In this document: positions 19,489 through 28,582 of the stretch, piece by piece | Numbering within the stretch: the stretch's first letter is position 1 | How the letters are laid out: each line of letters begins with the position of its first letter | Origin: an uncultured Actinomycetes bacterium | GTDB taxonomy: Bacteria; Actinomycetota; Thermoleophilia; Gaiellales; JAICJC01 | Length of the DNA stretch: 64,000 nucleotides | Direction: 5' to 3' | NCBI GenBank assembly: GCA_963707585.1 | Contig: CAVPQP010000010.1 | Location: 26,717 to 90,716, forward strand | The notes under the pieces: generated by a model | The model's database searches: none | The model's input: the letters and a program-made list of their open reading frames with translations, nothing else | Told to the model about the DNA's origin: nothing | Program-made: the position numbers and the translations under genes

Positions 19489-20469
19489 ATGCGCGATGGC
19501 ACGACGCGTATCTCGATCCTCTGCGCCGTGGCGGCCCTCACGGTGGTCGCCGCCGTGCTCGGCCTGGCCGTGCCGACGACCGCCTCGGCGGCCGCCGCGT
19601 GCGGCACGCGCGCCGGCGTCGCGCCGGCCACCTACCGGCACGTGGTCGTGATCATGGAGGAGAACCGCAGCATCACCGATGTCCTCGGCGGCGCCGGCTC
19701 GGCCGCCGCCCGGCAGGCGCCGTATCTGAACCACCTGGCGGCGGTCTGCGGCGTCGCGTCCAACTACCGCGGGGCCACGCACCCGAGCCATCCCAACTAC
19801 ATGGCGGTCACGGGCGGCTTCGCGACGACGGCGACCGGCATCTCCGCCCCGAGCATCTTCCAGCAGGTGCGCCAGGCTGGCGGCACGTGGCGGGTGTACC
19901 AGGGCTCGATGCAGCAGCGGTGCCAGCGCAGCGCCGGCTTCCCGTACAAGCCCCAGCACAACCCCGGCGTCGCCTACACGGCGCTTGCGAGCGACTGCAA
20001 GCGGTGGGATCTGAACATGAACGGGCTCTCCCACGACATCGCCACGGGCGGCCTGCCCTCCTACGCCTTCATCGCGCCGGATCAGTGCAAGGACATGGAG
20101 ATCGGCTGCGGCGGCACGAACGCCATCACCGTCGGCGACAACTGGCTGCACACGTGGATCCCGCGCCTCCTCGCCACCCGCGGCTATCGCACCGGCCACA
20201 CCGCCATCTTCATCACGTGGGACGAGGGCACGCACGGGCGCGGGACGACCGGCGAGAACTGCCTGGCGGCCGCGAACCTGAGCGACGTCAGCTGCCATGT
20301 GGCCACGCTCGTGCTCTCGCCGTATGTGAGCCGGGGCAAGCGCAGCTCCCTCCTCTTCAGCCACTACTCGCTGCTGCAGACCACCGAGCGCATGCTCGGC
20401 CTGCGGCCGTTCATCGGCCACGCCGCCGACACGAGCACGCGCGGCATGCGCTCGGCCTTCGGCTTCTAG
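19489..20469 (+). CDS. Secreted phosphoesterase-family protein (acid phosphatase/phospholipase C type)
   Basis: ATG 19489 followed by a signal peptide (ILCAVAALTVVAAVLGLAVPTTASA). Motifs YRHVVVIMEENRS, HPSHPNYMAVTGG and IFITWDEG. Confidence 0.75.
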   Translation: MRDGTTRISILCAVAALTVVAAVLGLAVPTTASAAAACGTRAGVAPATYRHVVVIMEENRSITDVLGGAGSAAARQAPYLNHLAAVCGVASNYRGATHPSHPNYMAVTGGFATTATGISAPSIFQQVRQAGGTWRVYQGSMQQRCQRSAGFPYKPQHNPGVAYTALASDCKRWDLNMNGLSHDIATGGLPSYAFIAPDQCKDMEIGCGGTNAITVGDNWLHTWIPRLLATRGYRTGHTAIFITWDEGTHGRGTTGENCLAAANLSDVSCHVATLVLSPYVSRGKRSSLLFSHYSLLQTTERMLGLRPFIGHAADTSTRGMRSAFGF

Positions 20470-21428
20470 CCCTCGACGCGCAGCGTGCGCTCGATGCCCT
20501 TCGGGCCGATGTCGACCAGGTAGCCGCGCAGGATGCCGTGGTTGGCCTCGCTGCCCGGGTTCAGGCACACCGACTGGCCGATGGTGCGCTCGCCGCCCGA
20601 CTCGTGGATGTGACCGTGGACGCCGAGCAGCGGCTGGTACTTCTCGATCACGCGGCGCACGGCCGTCGACCCCACGGGCCCGCGCAGCACGTCGCCGGCC
20701 GAGATGGTCGGGCGCAGGTTCGCGTCGAGGATGGGCGCGGTGTCGAGCCCCGAGTCGTGGGGCGGGACGTGGATCATGAACACCGCCCGGCGCGGGTCGC
20801 GCACCTGAGCGGCCAGGGCGTCGAGCCGGTCGAAGAGCTCCTCCTCGGACACCTCCCGCGGCGTGTCCCAGGGCGTGTGGTTCGACCAGCCGTAGGCCAG
20901 CAGCTGCAGCCCGCCGGGCATGTCGAGCACCCGGCCGTCGGCGTTCTGGGGGAAGTACTCCGGCCGGTCGAGGATCGGGTCGATGCCGAAGTCGTCGTCG
21001 TTGCCGGGGATCACGAACACCGGCACCTCGCCTCCCGCGAGCCGGTCGGTGGCGAGCTGCATCCACTCCTCCATGCGCGCGTTCATGAGCCGGTGCAGGA
21101 GCTCGTCGCGGGCTCCGGGATCGGTCGCGAGCCGCTCGGTGTCGGCCGCCGACATCACCTCCGAGTAGTAGCCGACGTCGGCGATGTCACGCTCGAGCAC
21201 CGCCAGCTCCTCCGGCGTGCCGGCCCGGCGGTGGACGCCGAAGAGGTCGGCCTCGAAGCTGTCGCCGTCCTTGACGATCGGCACGATCGCCTTGCCGGTG
21301 AAGTCGCCCGCGACCAGGCCGATCTGCGCCTTGTACACGTTCAGCTTGATGGCGTTCAGGAACTTCCGCCACGCCTTCTCGGCGGCATGGAAGTCGCTCG
21401 CGATGTAGATCCGGATGGTGTCGGGCAC
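20466..21428 (-). CDS. Metallophosphoesterase
   Basis: 320 aa. Motifs IYIASDFH, VAGDFTGK, VIPGNDD and GVHGHIHESG. Confidence 0.8.
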   Translation of the reverse strand: MPDTIRIYIASDFHAAEKAWRKFLNAIKLNVYKAQIGLVAGDFTGKAIVPIVKDGDSFEADLFGVHRRAGTPEELAVLERDIADVGYYSEVMSAADTERLATDPGARDELLHRLMNARMEEWMQLATDRLAGGEVPVFVIPGNDDDFGIDPILDRPEYFPQNADGRVLDMPGGLQLLAYGWSNHTPWDTPREVSEEELFDRLDALAAQVRDPRRAVFMIHVPPHDSGLDTAPILDANLRPTISAGDVLRGPVGSTAVRRVIEKYQPLLGVHGHIHESGGERTIGQSVCLNPGSEANHGILRGYLVDIGPKGIERTLRVEG

Positions 21429-21434
21429 GCCGGC

Positions 21435-23162
21435 CTAGTCCGGTGGGATCTCGGCGAAGAGCATGCTCGTGTCGACGCCCTTGCTGCGCTGAACGACCTT
21501 CATGATCGCCCAGATCACCAACCCGATCCCGGCGAACACGAGGCTGCCCGTGATGCCGCTGTTGTTCAGGTAGTTCAGCCGGCCGGCACCGCTCGACGTG
21601 AGGTTGTCCCAGATCGGTTTCACCGCCGCGAACCAGTAGATCCAGAGCGGGAACACGATCCATGCCACCCCCAGCCAGGGCAAGGCGCGCCGGTAGGGCG
21701 CGTTGCGCACAAGATCCGGTCTGCGGAAGCGGATCAGGATCGCGTTCACCCCCGGCATGATCCACGTCAGGGCGGCCATGAAGATCGAGAACCACAGCGT
21801 CGCCACCAGGTTCAGCTTGCCGATCGGCGGCGCGATCGAGCTCGGCAGCACGGCGAAGTTCTGCAGCCACAGGAAGACGGCGGTCAGCCCGAGCGTCGCC
21901 AGGATCGCGTTCAGCGGGGCGGCCATGCGCTCGTTGACCACGCCGAACCACTCGGGCAGCTGGCGGTCGAGGCTCCATGCCAGGCCCATGCGGCTGATGA
22001 AGTTCACGTACACCGGGCACAGGAGCAGCGGGAACATCGCCCCGGCCAGGCTGATCAGCGCCCACAGCGGCCACAGCGTCTTGTTCGCGATCACCGCCAG
22101 GAGCGGCATCGAGGGTGGCTGCCCGAGCGGCAGGGCGATGTTGGTGACGCCGCCCCAGTAGTTGTAGCCCCAGCTGGTGGCCATGTTGAAGCCGATGTGG
22201 TTCGTGAACAGGTCGACGTAGAGCGAGTTGGCGATGACGCCGATCAGGAGCGCGCCGAGCAGCGCGACGGAGACGCCGCGCTTGACGTTGCCGCGCACCT
22301 CGCCGGCGATGTAGGCCGAGTACTGGAAGCCGATGAACTGCAGGAACACGATCCCGAGCATGAACGGGAACACGGTCCGCGAGAAGATGTCGCTCAGGAA
22401 ATTGTTCGTGTAGCCGGGCAGGATGGCGCTGCCGGACGCCGCGATCTTGGCGGCGCCGACGCCCTGCGTGTAGTGCGGCAGGTTGCGGTTGAAGTCGGAC
22501 TGGTTCGTCGCGAGCAGGCCGAACACGAACATGGCCACGAAGCTCGCCACCCCGATCGCCGCCATGATGGTGACGACCTTGTGGAACCGGCGGGTCGGCA
22601 GGAGCACGATGCCGGCGATCACCGCGAGCACGACCAGGCCCCAGATCAGCCCGTTCCAGCCCGTGATCTCGCCGGTCGAGTTCGTGAACCAGGTGTTCGC
22701 GTTCTTGAAGAAGTGCCCGCCGGCGCCGATGCCGATGATCCGGCCCGTGATCTGGATGTTGCGCAGCACGAGCGGAACCTCGAAGGCCATGATCGCGACG
22801 GACGCGATGACGAGCGTCCACGACTCGAGCCAGCCCAGGAACGGCCCGACGATACGGGTGGTGAAGACGTAGTCACCGCCCGAGCGGGGCATGACCGAGG
22901 TCAGCGACGCGAAGATCAGGGCGAGCGGGACGCAGAAGAGGCCGGTGATGATCGCTGCCCAGCCGTACTCCGAGAACGGGCCGAAGCGCCACACCGGCAC
23001 GAACGCGAGCGAGTAGAACGCGGGGTACAGGGTCAGGCCGACGCCGACGAACGCGGCGACGTTGAAGAACAGGGCGTTGGTGACGCTGACGTCGCGCACC
23101 AGCCCTGACGACTGCCGGACGAACAGCCGCTTGCCGCTCCCCGACTCGGCCATATCCGCCAT
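21435..23162 (-). CDS. APC-superfamily amino acid/polyamine permease
   Basis: Polytopic membrane protein of about 575 aa. ATG 23162 is preferred because GGGGGAG lies 7 nt upstream. The ORF is open to 23225. The next gene follows 6 nt downstream. Confidence 0.75.
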   Translation of the reverse strand: MADMAESGSGKRLFVRQSSGLVRDVSVTNALFFNVAAFVGVGLTLYPAFYSLAFVPVWRFGPFSEYGWAAIITGLFCVPLALIFASLTSVMPRSGGDYVFTTRIVGPFLGWLESWTLVIASVAIMAFEVPLVLRNIQITGRIIGIGAGGHFFKNANTWFTNSTGEITGWNGLIWGLVVLAVIAGIVLLPTRRFHKVVTIMAAIGVASFVAMFVFGLLATNQSDFNRNLPHYTQGVGAAKIAASGSAILPGYTNNFLSDIFSRTVFPFMLGIVFLQFIGFQYSAYIAGEVRGNVKRGVSVALLGALLIGVIANSLYVDLFTNHIGFNMATSWGYNYWGGVTNIALPLGQPPSMPLLAVIANKTLWPLWALISLAGAMFPLLLCPVYVNFISRMGLAWSLDRQLPEWFGVVNERMAAPLNAILATLGLTAVFLWLQNFAVLPSSIAPPIGKLNLVATLWFSIFMAALTWIMPGVNAILIRFRRPDLVRNAPYRRALPWLGVAWIVFPLWIYWFAAVKPIWDNLTSSGAGRLNYLNNSGITGSLVFAGIGLVIWAIMKVVQRSKGVDTSMLFAEIPPD

Positions 23163-23255
23163 ATCGAATCTCCCCCTCTGCGCGCGAGGCACCCATGACC
23201 CGCGCTGATCCGGCAGTTGTACCACGCCCCGCGGACGGGCCTCAAGGGGGGTGCG

Positions 23256-23774
23256 TCACCGCCAGTTCTCGGGGGCGTCCCAGTCCATCCCGCCGGTGTC
23301 CCAGCCCACCAGGCAGTAGGGCGAGATCACGGTCGCCACGCGCTCCAGGAACTCGCGATCGGCGGCCCCGAACGCGGCCGGCGTGTCGGAGTCGACATCG
23401 ATCTCGGCGACCACGGTGCCCTCGTAGCTCACCGGCACGACGATCTCCGACCGGGTCGACGGGAAGCAGGCCAGGTAGCGGGGGTCGGCGGCGACGTCGG
23501 CGACGATCTCGGTGACGCCGCTCGCCGCGGCCGCGCCGCACACGCCCTGGCCGATCGGGATGCGCACATGGTCGGTCGCATGCGGGCCCTTCCACGGCCC
23601 CAGCACGAGCTCGCCCTCCTCGACGAAGTAGATGCCCACCCACGAGTAGGTGTCGAGCTGGTCGTGCAGCACCTCGACGGTCTGGCGCACGATCGCGTCC
23701 GAGTCGGCCTCGCGGTTCATGATCCGCTCGATCGCGGCCAGGGCGCCACGGTAGTCGTCGGCGGCCGGGCTCAC
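23256..23774 (-). CDS. GAF-domain protein, free methionine-(R)-sulfoxide reductase-like
   Basis: GTG 23774 overlaps the upstream stop (GTGA). Motifs WVGIYF, GQGVCGAAA and CFPSTRSEIVVPV resemble the YebR/fRMsr-type GAF. Confidence 0.7.
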   Translation of the reverse strand: MSPAADDYRGALAAIERIMNREADSDAIVRQTVEVLHDQLDTYSWVGIYFVEEGELVLGPWKGPHATDHVRIPIGQGVCGAAAASGVTEIVADVAADPRYLACFPSTRSEIVVPVSYEGTVVAEIDVDSDTPAAFGAADREFLERVATVISPYCLVGWDTGGMDWDAPENWR

Positions 23775-24208
23775 ACGCTGACCTCCTGCTCGAAGCCCTC
23801 GAGGGCCGCACGGAAGTGCGGCGGGATGGGCACGGAGCGGCGCTCGCCGAGGTCGATCGCGACGACGACCTGGGTGGCGCTCGCCAGGTGCTCGCCGGTC
23901 GCCATGTGGTAGGCGTCGAACGCCCACGTGATGCTCGTGCGGCCCAGCTTCTGCGCGCGCACGAACACCTCGAGCTCGTCGTCGAAGCGCGCGGGCGCGT
24001 GGTACTCGACGTGCTGGGCGCGCATCGCGAACTCGGGCTCGCCGGGGACGTGGCCGAGAATCCCGAGGCGGCGCAGGTACTCGACCCGGGCGCGGTCGAA
24101 GTAGGGCATGTAGCGGCCGTAGTAGACGACGCCCTGCGCGTCGGTCTCGTCGAAGCCGACGCGGATACGGTGAGCGAAGCGGTACGGAGGGCGGACGTCG
24201 GTGGCCAT
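23771..24208 (-). CDS. Acyl-CoA thioesterase (4HBT/YbgC family)
   Basis: 145 aa. Hotdog-fold signature RVGFDETDAQGVVYYGRYMPYFD. Confidence 0.8.
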   Translation of the reverse strand: MATDVRPPYRFAHRIRVGFDETDAQGVVYYGRYMPYFDRARVEYLRRLGILGHVPGEPEFAMRAQHVEYHAPARFDDELEVFVRAQKLGRTSITWAFDAYHMATGEHLASATQVVVAIDLGERRSVPIPPHFRAALEGFEQEVSV

Positions 24209-24212
24209 GCGG

Positions 24213-25559
24213 TCAGCCCTGGATCAGCTCGAGCACCTCGTCCCGGCGCGCCGCCATCGTCCCGGCATCGAGCGCCTCGAGGTTCAGCCGCAGGAGCGGC
24301 TCGGTGTTCGACGGGCGCACGTTGAAGTGCCAGTCGCCGAACTCGAACGAGATCCCGTCGAGGTGCGACACCCGCTCGGCGGCCGGGCTGTAGCGCTCCT
24401 TCAGCTGCTGCAGCTTGACCGGGACGTCGGACACGGTCGAGTTGATCTCGCCCGAGATGAAGTACTTCTCGCGGAACGGGCGCAGGAGCTCCGAGAGCGG
24501 CACCCCGGCGCGCGAGACGAGCTCGATCAGGACGAGCGCCGGGACGACGCCGGTGTCGCAGTAGTAGAAGTCGCGGAAGTAGTAGTGGCCCGAGACCTCG
24601 CCGGCGAAGACGGCGTCCTCCTTGCGGATGCGGGCCTTGATGAAGGCGTGGCCGACGCGGTTCTCGAGCGCCGTCCCGCCCGCCTCGCGCACGACGTCGC
24701 GCACCGCCCACGACGCGCGCAGGTCATAGACGATGGTCGCGCCCGGATGCCGCTCGAGCATCGTCCGCGCGATCAGGGCGGTGATCAGGTCGCCGGGGAC
24801 GAACTCGCCGGTGTCGTCGATGAAGAAGCAGCGGTCGGCGTCGCCGTCCCAGGCGATGCCGAGATCGGCGCCCTCGCTGCGCACGCGCTCCATGATGAAG
24901 CGGCGGTTCTCCTCGAGCAGCGGGTTGGGCTCGTGGTTGGGGAAGTGCCCGTCGGGCTCGAAGTTGTGAGCGGACGTGCGCACGGGCAGGCGATCGAGCA
25001 CCGGCCCGATCATCGGGCCGGCCATGCCGTTGCAGCCGTCGAGCACGATCGAGAGCGGCCGCACCGCCGACGCGTCGATGAATGCCGATACCCGGTCGTG
25101 GAACCCGGCGTAGACGTCGCGCCGAGACACCTCGCCGGCAGTCCCGGCCGGTGCCGTCTGCGCGCCGAGCGCGCGCTCCTTGATCTTGTCGAGGCCCGTG
25201 TCGGAGCCGACCGGGAGGGCGCCGCGGCGCACGATCTTCATCCCGTTGTACGCGGCCGGGTTGTGCGACGCGGTCACCTGCAGGCCACCCTCGTAGCCGT
25301 ACTCGCCGACGGCGAAGTAGAGCATCTCGGTGCCGACCTGGCCGATGTCGACGACGTCGGCGCCGGCCTCGGACGCGCCGCGCACCGCGGCGGCGGCGAT
25401 CTCGGGCGACGACAGCCGCATGTCCCGGCCGATCGCCATCACCCGCGGCTCGAACGCGTCCACATACCCGCGCGCGAGCGCGTAGGCGCCGTCCGCATCG
25501 AGCTCGTCAGGGACGATGCCGCGCACGTCGTAGGCCTTGAAAACCGCGGGCGAGAGCAT
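24213..25559 (-). CDS. Phosphomannomutase/phosphoglucomutase
   Basis: 448 aa. Catalytic loop TASHNPAAYNGMK, metal loop AWDGDADR and sugar loop GEVSGHYYF. Confidence 0.9.
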   Translation of the reverse strand: MLSPAVFKAYDVRGIVPDELDADGAYALARGYVDAFEPRVMAIGRDMRLSSPEIAAAAVRGASEAGADVVDIGQVGTEMLYFAVGEYGYEGGLQVTASHNPAAYNGMKIVRRGALPVGSDTGLDKIKERALGAQTAPAGTAGEVSRRDVYAGFHDRVSAFIDASAVRPLSIVLDGCNGMAGPMIGPVLDRLPVRTSAHNFEPDGHFPNHEPNPLLEENRRFIMERVRSEGADLGIAWDGDADRCFFIDDTGEFVPGDLITALIARTMLERHPGATIVYDLRASWAVRDVVREAGGTALENRVGHAFIKARIRKEDAVFAGEVSGHYYFRDFYYCDTGVVPALVLIELVSRAGVPLSELLRPFREKYFISGEINSTVSDVPVKLQQLKERYSPAAERVSHLDGISFEFGDWHFNVRPSNTEPLLRLNLEALDAGTMAARRDEVLELIQG

Positions 25560-25601
25560 CGGCCGCGGAGTCTACCGGCGGCCGTCGGCGATACTGGGCA
25601 C

Positions 25602-26120
25602 ATGGACGTCACTCTGCGACCGCTCGAGCGCGGCGACGCCCGCCTGCTGGCGCACCTGTACGCGAGCCAGAGCGCGTTCCTGGCGCCCTTCGACCCGCCC
25701 CGGCCGGAGTCGTTCCACACCGAGGAGGGCCAGCGGCTCGAGCTCGACCTGCTCGAGCGCGAGCGGGCGGGCGACCGCCTGTACCGGTTCCTGATCCAGG
25801 CCGGGGGCGAGCCGGCCGGGCTGATCTCGGTCTCGCGCATCACCCGCGGGCCGTTCCAGAACGCCGGTCTCGGCTACTGGGTGATGCAGGAGCGAAACGG
25901 CCGCGGGGTCGCCACGGCCGCCGTCGGGCTGGTGTGCGAATGGGGCTTCGGCGAGGCCGGCCTGCACCGGCTCGAGGCGGCCACCCTCGTCGACAACATC
26001 GGCTCGCAGCTCGTGCTGCGCCGAAACGGCTTCGCCGAGATCGGCCGCTCGCCGCGCTACCTGTTCATCAACGGCGCGTGGCGCGACCACCTGCTGTTCG
26101 CCAAGACTGCCGAGGACTGA
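25602..26120 (+). CDS. GNAT N-acetyltransferase (RimJ/RimL-like)
   Basis: ATG 25602, in frame within listed ORF 24201..26120. Motifs NAGLGYWVMQERNGRGVATAAV and LHRLEAATLVDNIGSQLVLRRNGF. Confidence 0.8.
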   Translation: MDVTLRPLERGDARLLAHLYASQSAFLAPFDPPRPESFHTEEGQRLELDLLERERAGDRLYRFLIQAGGEPAGLISVSRITRGPFQNAGLGYWVMQERNGRGVATAAVGLVCEWGFGEAGLHRLEAATLVDNIGSQLVLRRNGFAEIGRSPRYLFINGAWRDHLLFAKTAED

Positions 26121-26130
26121 CCCGGAAAAG

Positions 26131-26165
26131 CGGGGACAGTCCCCAGCGAACCGGGGACAGTCCCC
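26131..26165. repeat. Two tandem copies of the palindrome GGGGACAGTCCCC at a convergent gene junction
   Basis: Copies at 26132-26144 and 26153-26165, lying between the stop of the GNAT gene (26120) and the stop of the HIT gene (26170). The same element recurs at 54883-54918. Confidence 0.85.
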
Positions 26166-26169
26166 ATGC

Positions 26170-26643
26170 CTACGCCGGCCAGGCGGCGCGCAGCTTGGCG
26201 GCCGTGCGGGTGATGTGCTCCGGCATCACCTTGACGTCGGCCAGGACCGGCATGAAGTTCGTGTCGCCGTTCCAGCGGGGCACGACGTGCAGGTGCAGGT
26301 GGCCCTCGACGCCGGCCCCGGCGACGCGGCCGAGGTTGATCCCGGCGTTGAACCCGTGGGGAGACATCGCCGCGGTGAGCGCCTGCACGCTGCCGTCGAG
26401 CAGGGCCCACATCTCGGCCCGCTCGGCGGCGTCCAGGTCGCCGGGCGCGGCCAGGTGCCGGTAGGGCGCGACCATGACGTGCCCGTTGGAGTACGGGTAC
26501 AGGTTCATCAGCACGTAGGCGTGCTCGCCCCGATGCACGACCAGCTCCTCGCCGGCCGCGCCGGCGCAGAGCACGCACCCGTCCGCGTCGGCCCCGCCCT
26601 GGACGTACTCCAACCGCCAGGGCGCCCACAGCGGCTCGGTCAT
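26170..26643 (-). CDS. HIT-family protein (Ap4A phosphorylase/ATP adenylyltransferase-like)
   Basis: 157 aa. Histidine triad GHLHLHVVPRW. N-terminal WAPWRLEYV. The ATG overlaps the corA stop (ATGA at 26640-26643). Confidence 0.8.
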   Translation of the reverse strand: MTEPLWAPWRLEYVQGGADADGCVLCAGAAGEELVVHRGEHAYVLMNLYPYSNGHVMVAPYRHLAAPGDLDAAERAEMWALLDGSVQALTAAMSPHGFNAGINLGRVAGAGVEGHLHLHVVPRWNGDTNFMPVLADVKVMPEHITRTAAKLRAAWPA

Positions 26644-27638
26644 ATCCAGCGCTTCCAGTGGAAGTAGGCCAGCAGCGAGACCGCGCCCGTGAACATGATG
26701 CCGACCGTGATCACGAAGCCGTGGTACTCCCGGCTGAACGGGATGTGCCCGAAGTTCATGCCGAAGACGCCCGTGACCAGCGTCAGCGGGAGCAGGATCA
26801 CCGAGAAGATCGTGAGGATGCGCAGGATGTCGTTCTGCTTGTGCGCGATCACCGACTCGTTGGTGGTCTCGAGCGCCTCGACGACCTCCTTGTAGTTGTC
26901 GAGCTGGTCCCAGATGCGCTCGGCCTTGTCGACGATGTCGTCGAAGTACACCTCGAGGTCCTCCGGCAGGTAGCGCGCCCGCGATCGCTCGAGCAGGCGC
27001 AGCGTCGAGCGCTCGGGCTTGATGACCTTGCGGTAGGCGACGATCTCCTGCTTCACGTCTGAGATGTCGCGGACGACCTCCTCGGAGCGGCGCTCGGTGA
27101 AGATCGCCTCGGTCAGGCGATCGAGCTTGAACCCGATCTTGTCGAGGATCGGGAAGCAGTAGTCGAAGAGCTCGGAGAGGATCTCGTAGAGCACGTAGCC
27201 GGAGCCCTTCGAGAAGTACTGCTCGCGCCGCTCCTGGTTGGACTCGAGCTGCGAGAACAGCCGTCCGACCGGCTTCAGGCGCACGTTCGGCAGCGTCACC
27301 ACGTAGCCGTCTCCGACGAAGACGTTCAGCTCGGCGGCGTCGAGCCGGCCGCGCACCTTGTTGAAGTGGGGGACGTGCAGGACGAGGAACAGGTACTCGT
27401 CGTACTCGTCGATCTTGGGGCGCTGGCGGGTCGAGAGCACGTCCTCGAGATCGAGCTCGTGGAAGTCGAAGTGCTGCGCGAGCCAGGCGGTCTCGGTGGC
27501 TGTCGGCGCCTCGATGTTCAGCCAGCGCAGGCCGGCCGCCGCAATCTCAGAGACCTGCGGCTCGGAACGCTCCGCCGGTCCTTGCGGCGTGCGGTCGCGC
27601 CGGCGTACTGTCCTCGGGATCCGGGGCAGGTTCGGCAT
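26640..27638 (-). CDS. corA: Magnesium/cobalt transporter CorA
   Basis: 332 aa with two C-terminal TM helices. Signature GVFGMNFGHIP (GMN motif). Confidence 0.9.
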   Translation of the reverse strand: MPNLPRIPRTVRRRDRTPQGPAERSEPQVSEIAAAGLRWLNIEAPTATETAWLAQHFDFHELDLEDVLSTRQRPKIDEYDEYLFLVLHVPHFNKVRGRLDAAELNVFVGDGYVVTLPNVRLKPVGRLFSQLESNQERREQYFSKGSGYVLYEILSELFDYCFPILDKIGFKLDRLTEAIFTERRSEEVVRDISDVKQEIVAYRKVIKPERSTLRLLERSRARYLPEDLEVYFDDIVDKAERIWDQLDNYKEVVEALETTNESVIAHKQNDILRILTIFSVILLPLTLVTGVFGMNFGHIPFSREYHGFVITVGIMFTGAVSLLAYFHWKRWI

Positions 27639-27734
27639 CGCAGCTCACTTTTACGGGCAGGGCCTCCACGCGCGCCATTCTACTTGGCAATTCGGCTGTC
27701 TGCCGCCTCGGTAGGGTCCCGGGCCAGGATTCTC

Positions 27735-28544
27735 GTGTCCGTCCCCGCGCAATCACCGCTTCACGGCCGTGTGGCCGTCGTCACCGGCGCCAGCCGGCGG
27801 GCCGGCATCGGCTTCGCCGTCGCCCGCCGCCTGCTGCACCTCGGCGCCGCGGTGTGCGTGCACACCTTCACCGCTCACGACGCCGGCCAGGCGTGGGGGG
27901 CAGACCCGCTCGGCGTCGACGGGGTGGTGGCCGCCCTCGCCGCCGACGGCGGCCGGGTGGAGCACGTCGCCGCGGACTTCGCCGACCCCGCCGCCCCGGC
28001 CGCGGTCATCGCCGCGGCGCGCGCAGCGCTCGGGCACATCGACATCCTGATCGTGAACCACGCCCGCAGCGGCCGCGGCGGGCTGGCCGAGCTCGACGCC
28101 GGCCACATCGACGCCTTCCTGCACGAGAACGTGCGCGCCGCGCTGCTCCTCGTCAAGGAATACGCCGCCCAGCACGACGGCCGCGAGGGCGGCCGCGTCG
28201 TGCTCCTGACATCGGGGCAGCACCTGGGGCCGATGCCGGGAGAGATCGCCTACGCGGTCTCGAAGGGCGCGCTGCAGCAGGCGACCGCGACGCTCTCCGA
28301 CGCGCTGATCGACCGCGGCATCACGGTGAATGCGGTGAACCCCGGCCCCACCGACACCGGCTGGGAGATCCGCGACTGGGATCCGCGCCCGGCGATGCCG
28401 CGCGGCCGCTGGGGGATGCCGGACGACGCGGCCCGGCTGATCGCCTGGCTCTGCACCGACGAGGCGACCTGGATGACCGGGCAGGTGCTGGACTCCGAGG
28501 GCGGGTTCCGGCGCTCGGCATCGTTACCCAGGCGACACACTTGA
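27735..28544 (+). CDS. SDR-family oxidoreductase
   Basis: GTG 27735, in frame within listed ORF 27366..28544. Cofactor motif VAVVTGASRRAGIG. Catalytic YAVSKGAL. PGPTDT. Confidence 0.8.
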   Translation: MSVPAQSPLHGRVAVVTGASRRAGIGFAVARRLLHLGAAVCVHTFTAHDAGQAWGADPLGVDGVVAALAADGGRVEHVAADFADPAAPAAVIAAARAALGHIDILIVNHARSGRGGLAELDAGHIDAFLHENVRAALLLVKEYAAQHDGREGGRVVLLTSGQHLGPMPGEIAYAVSKGALQQATATLSDALIDRGITVNAVNPGPTDTGWEIRDWDPRPAMPRGRWGMPDDAARLIAWLCTDEATWMTGQVLDSEGGFRRSASLPRRHT

Positions 28545-28582
28545 CGCGGTGAAGCGCAACGTGGGTACGGCACCATGCAGAG

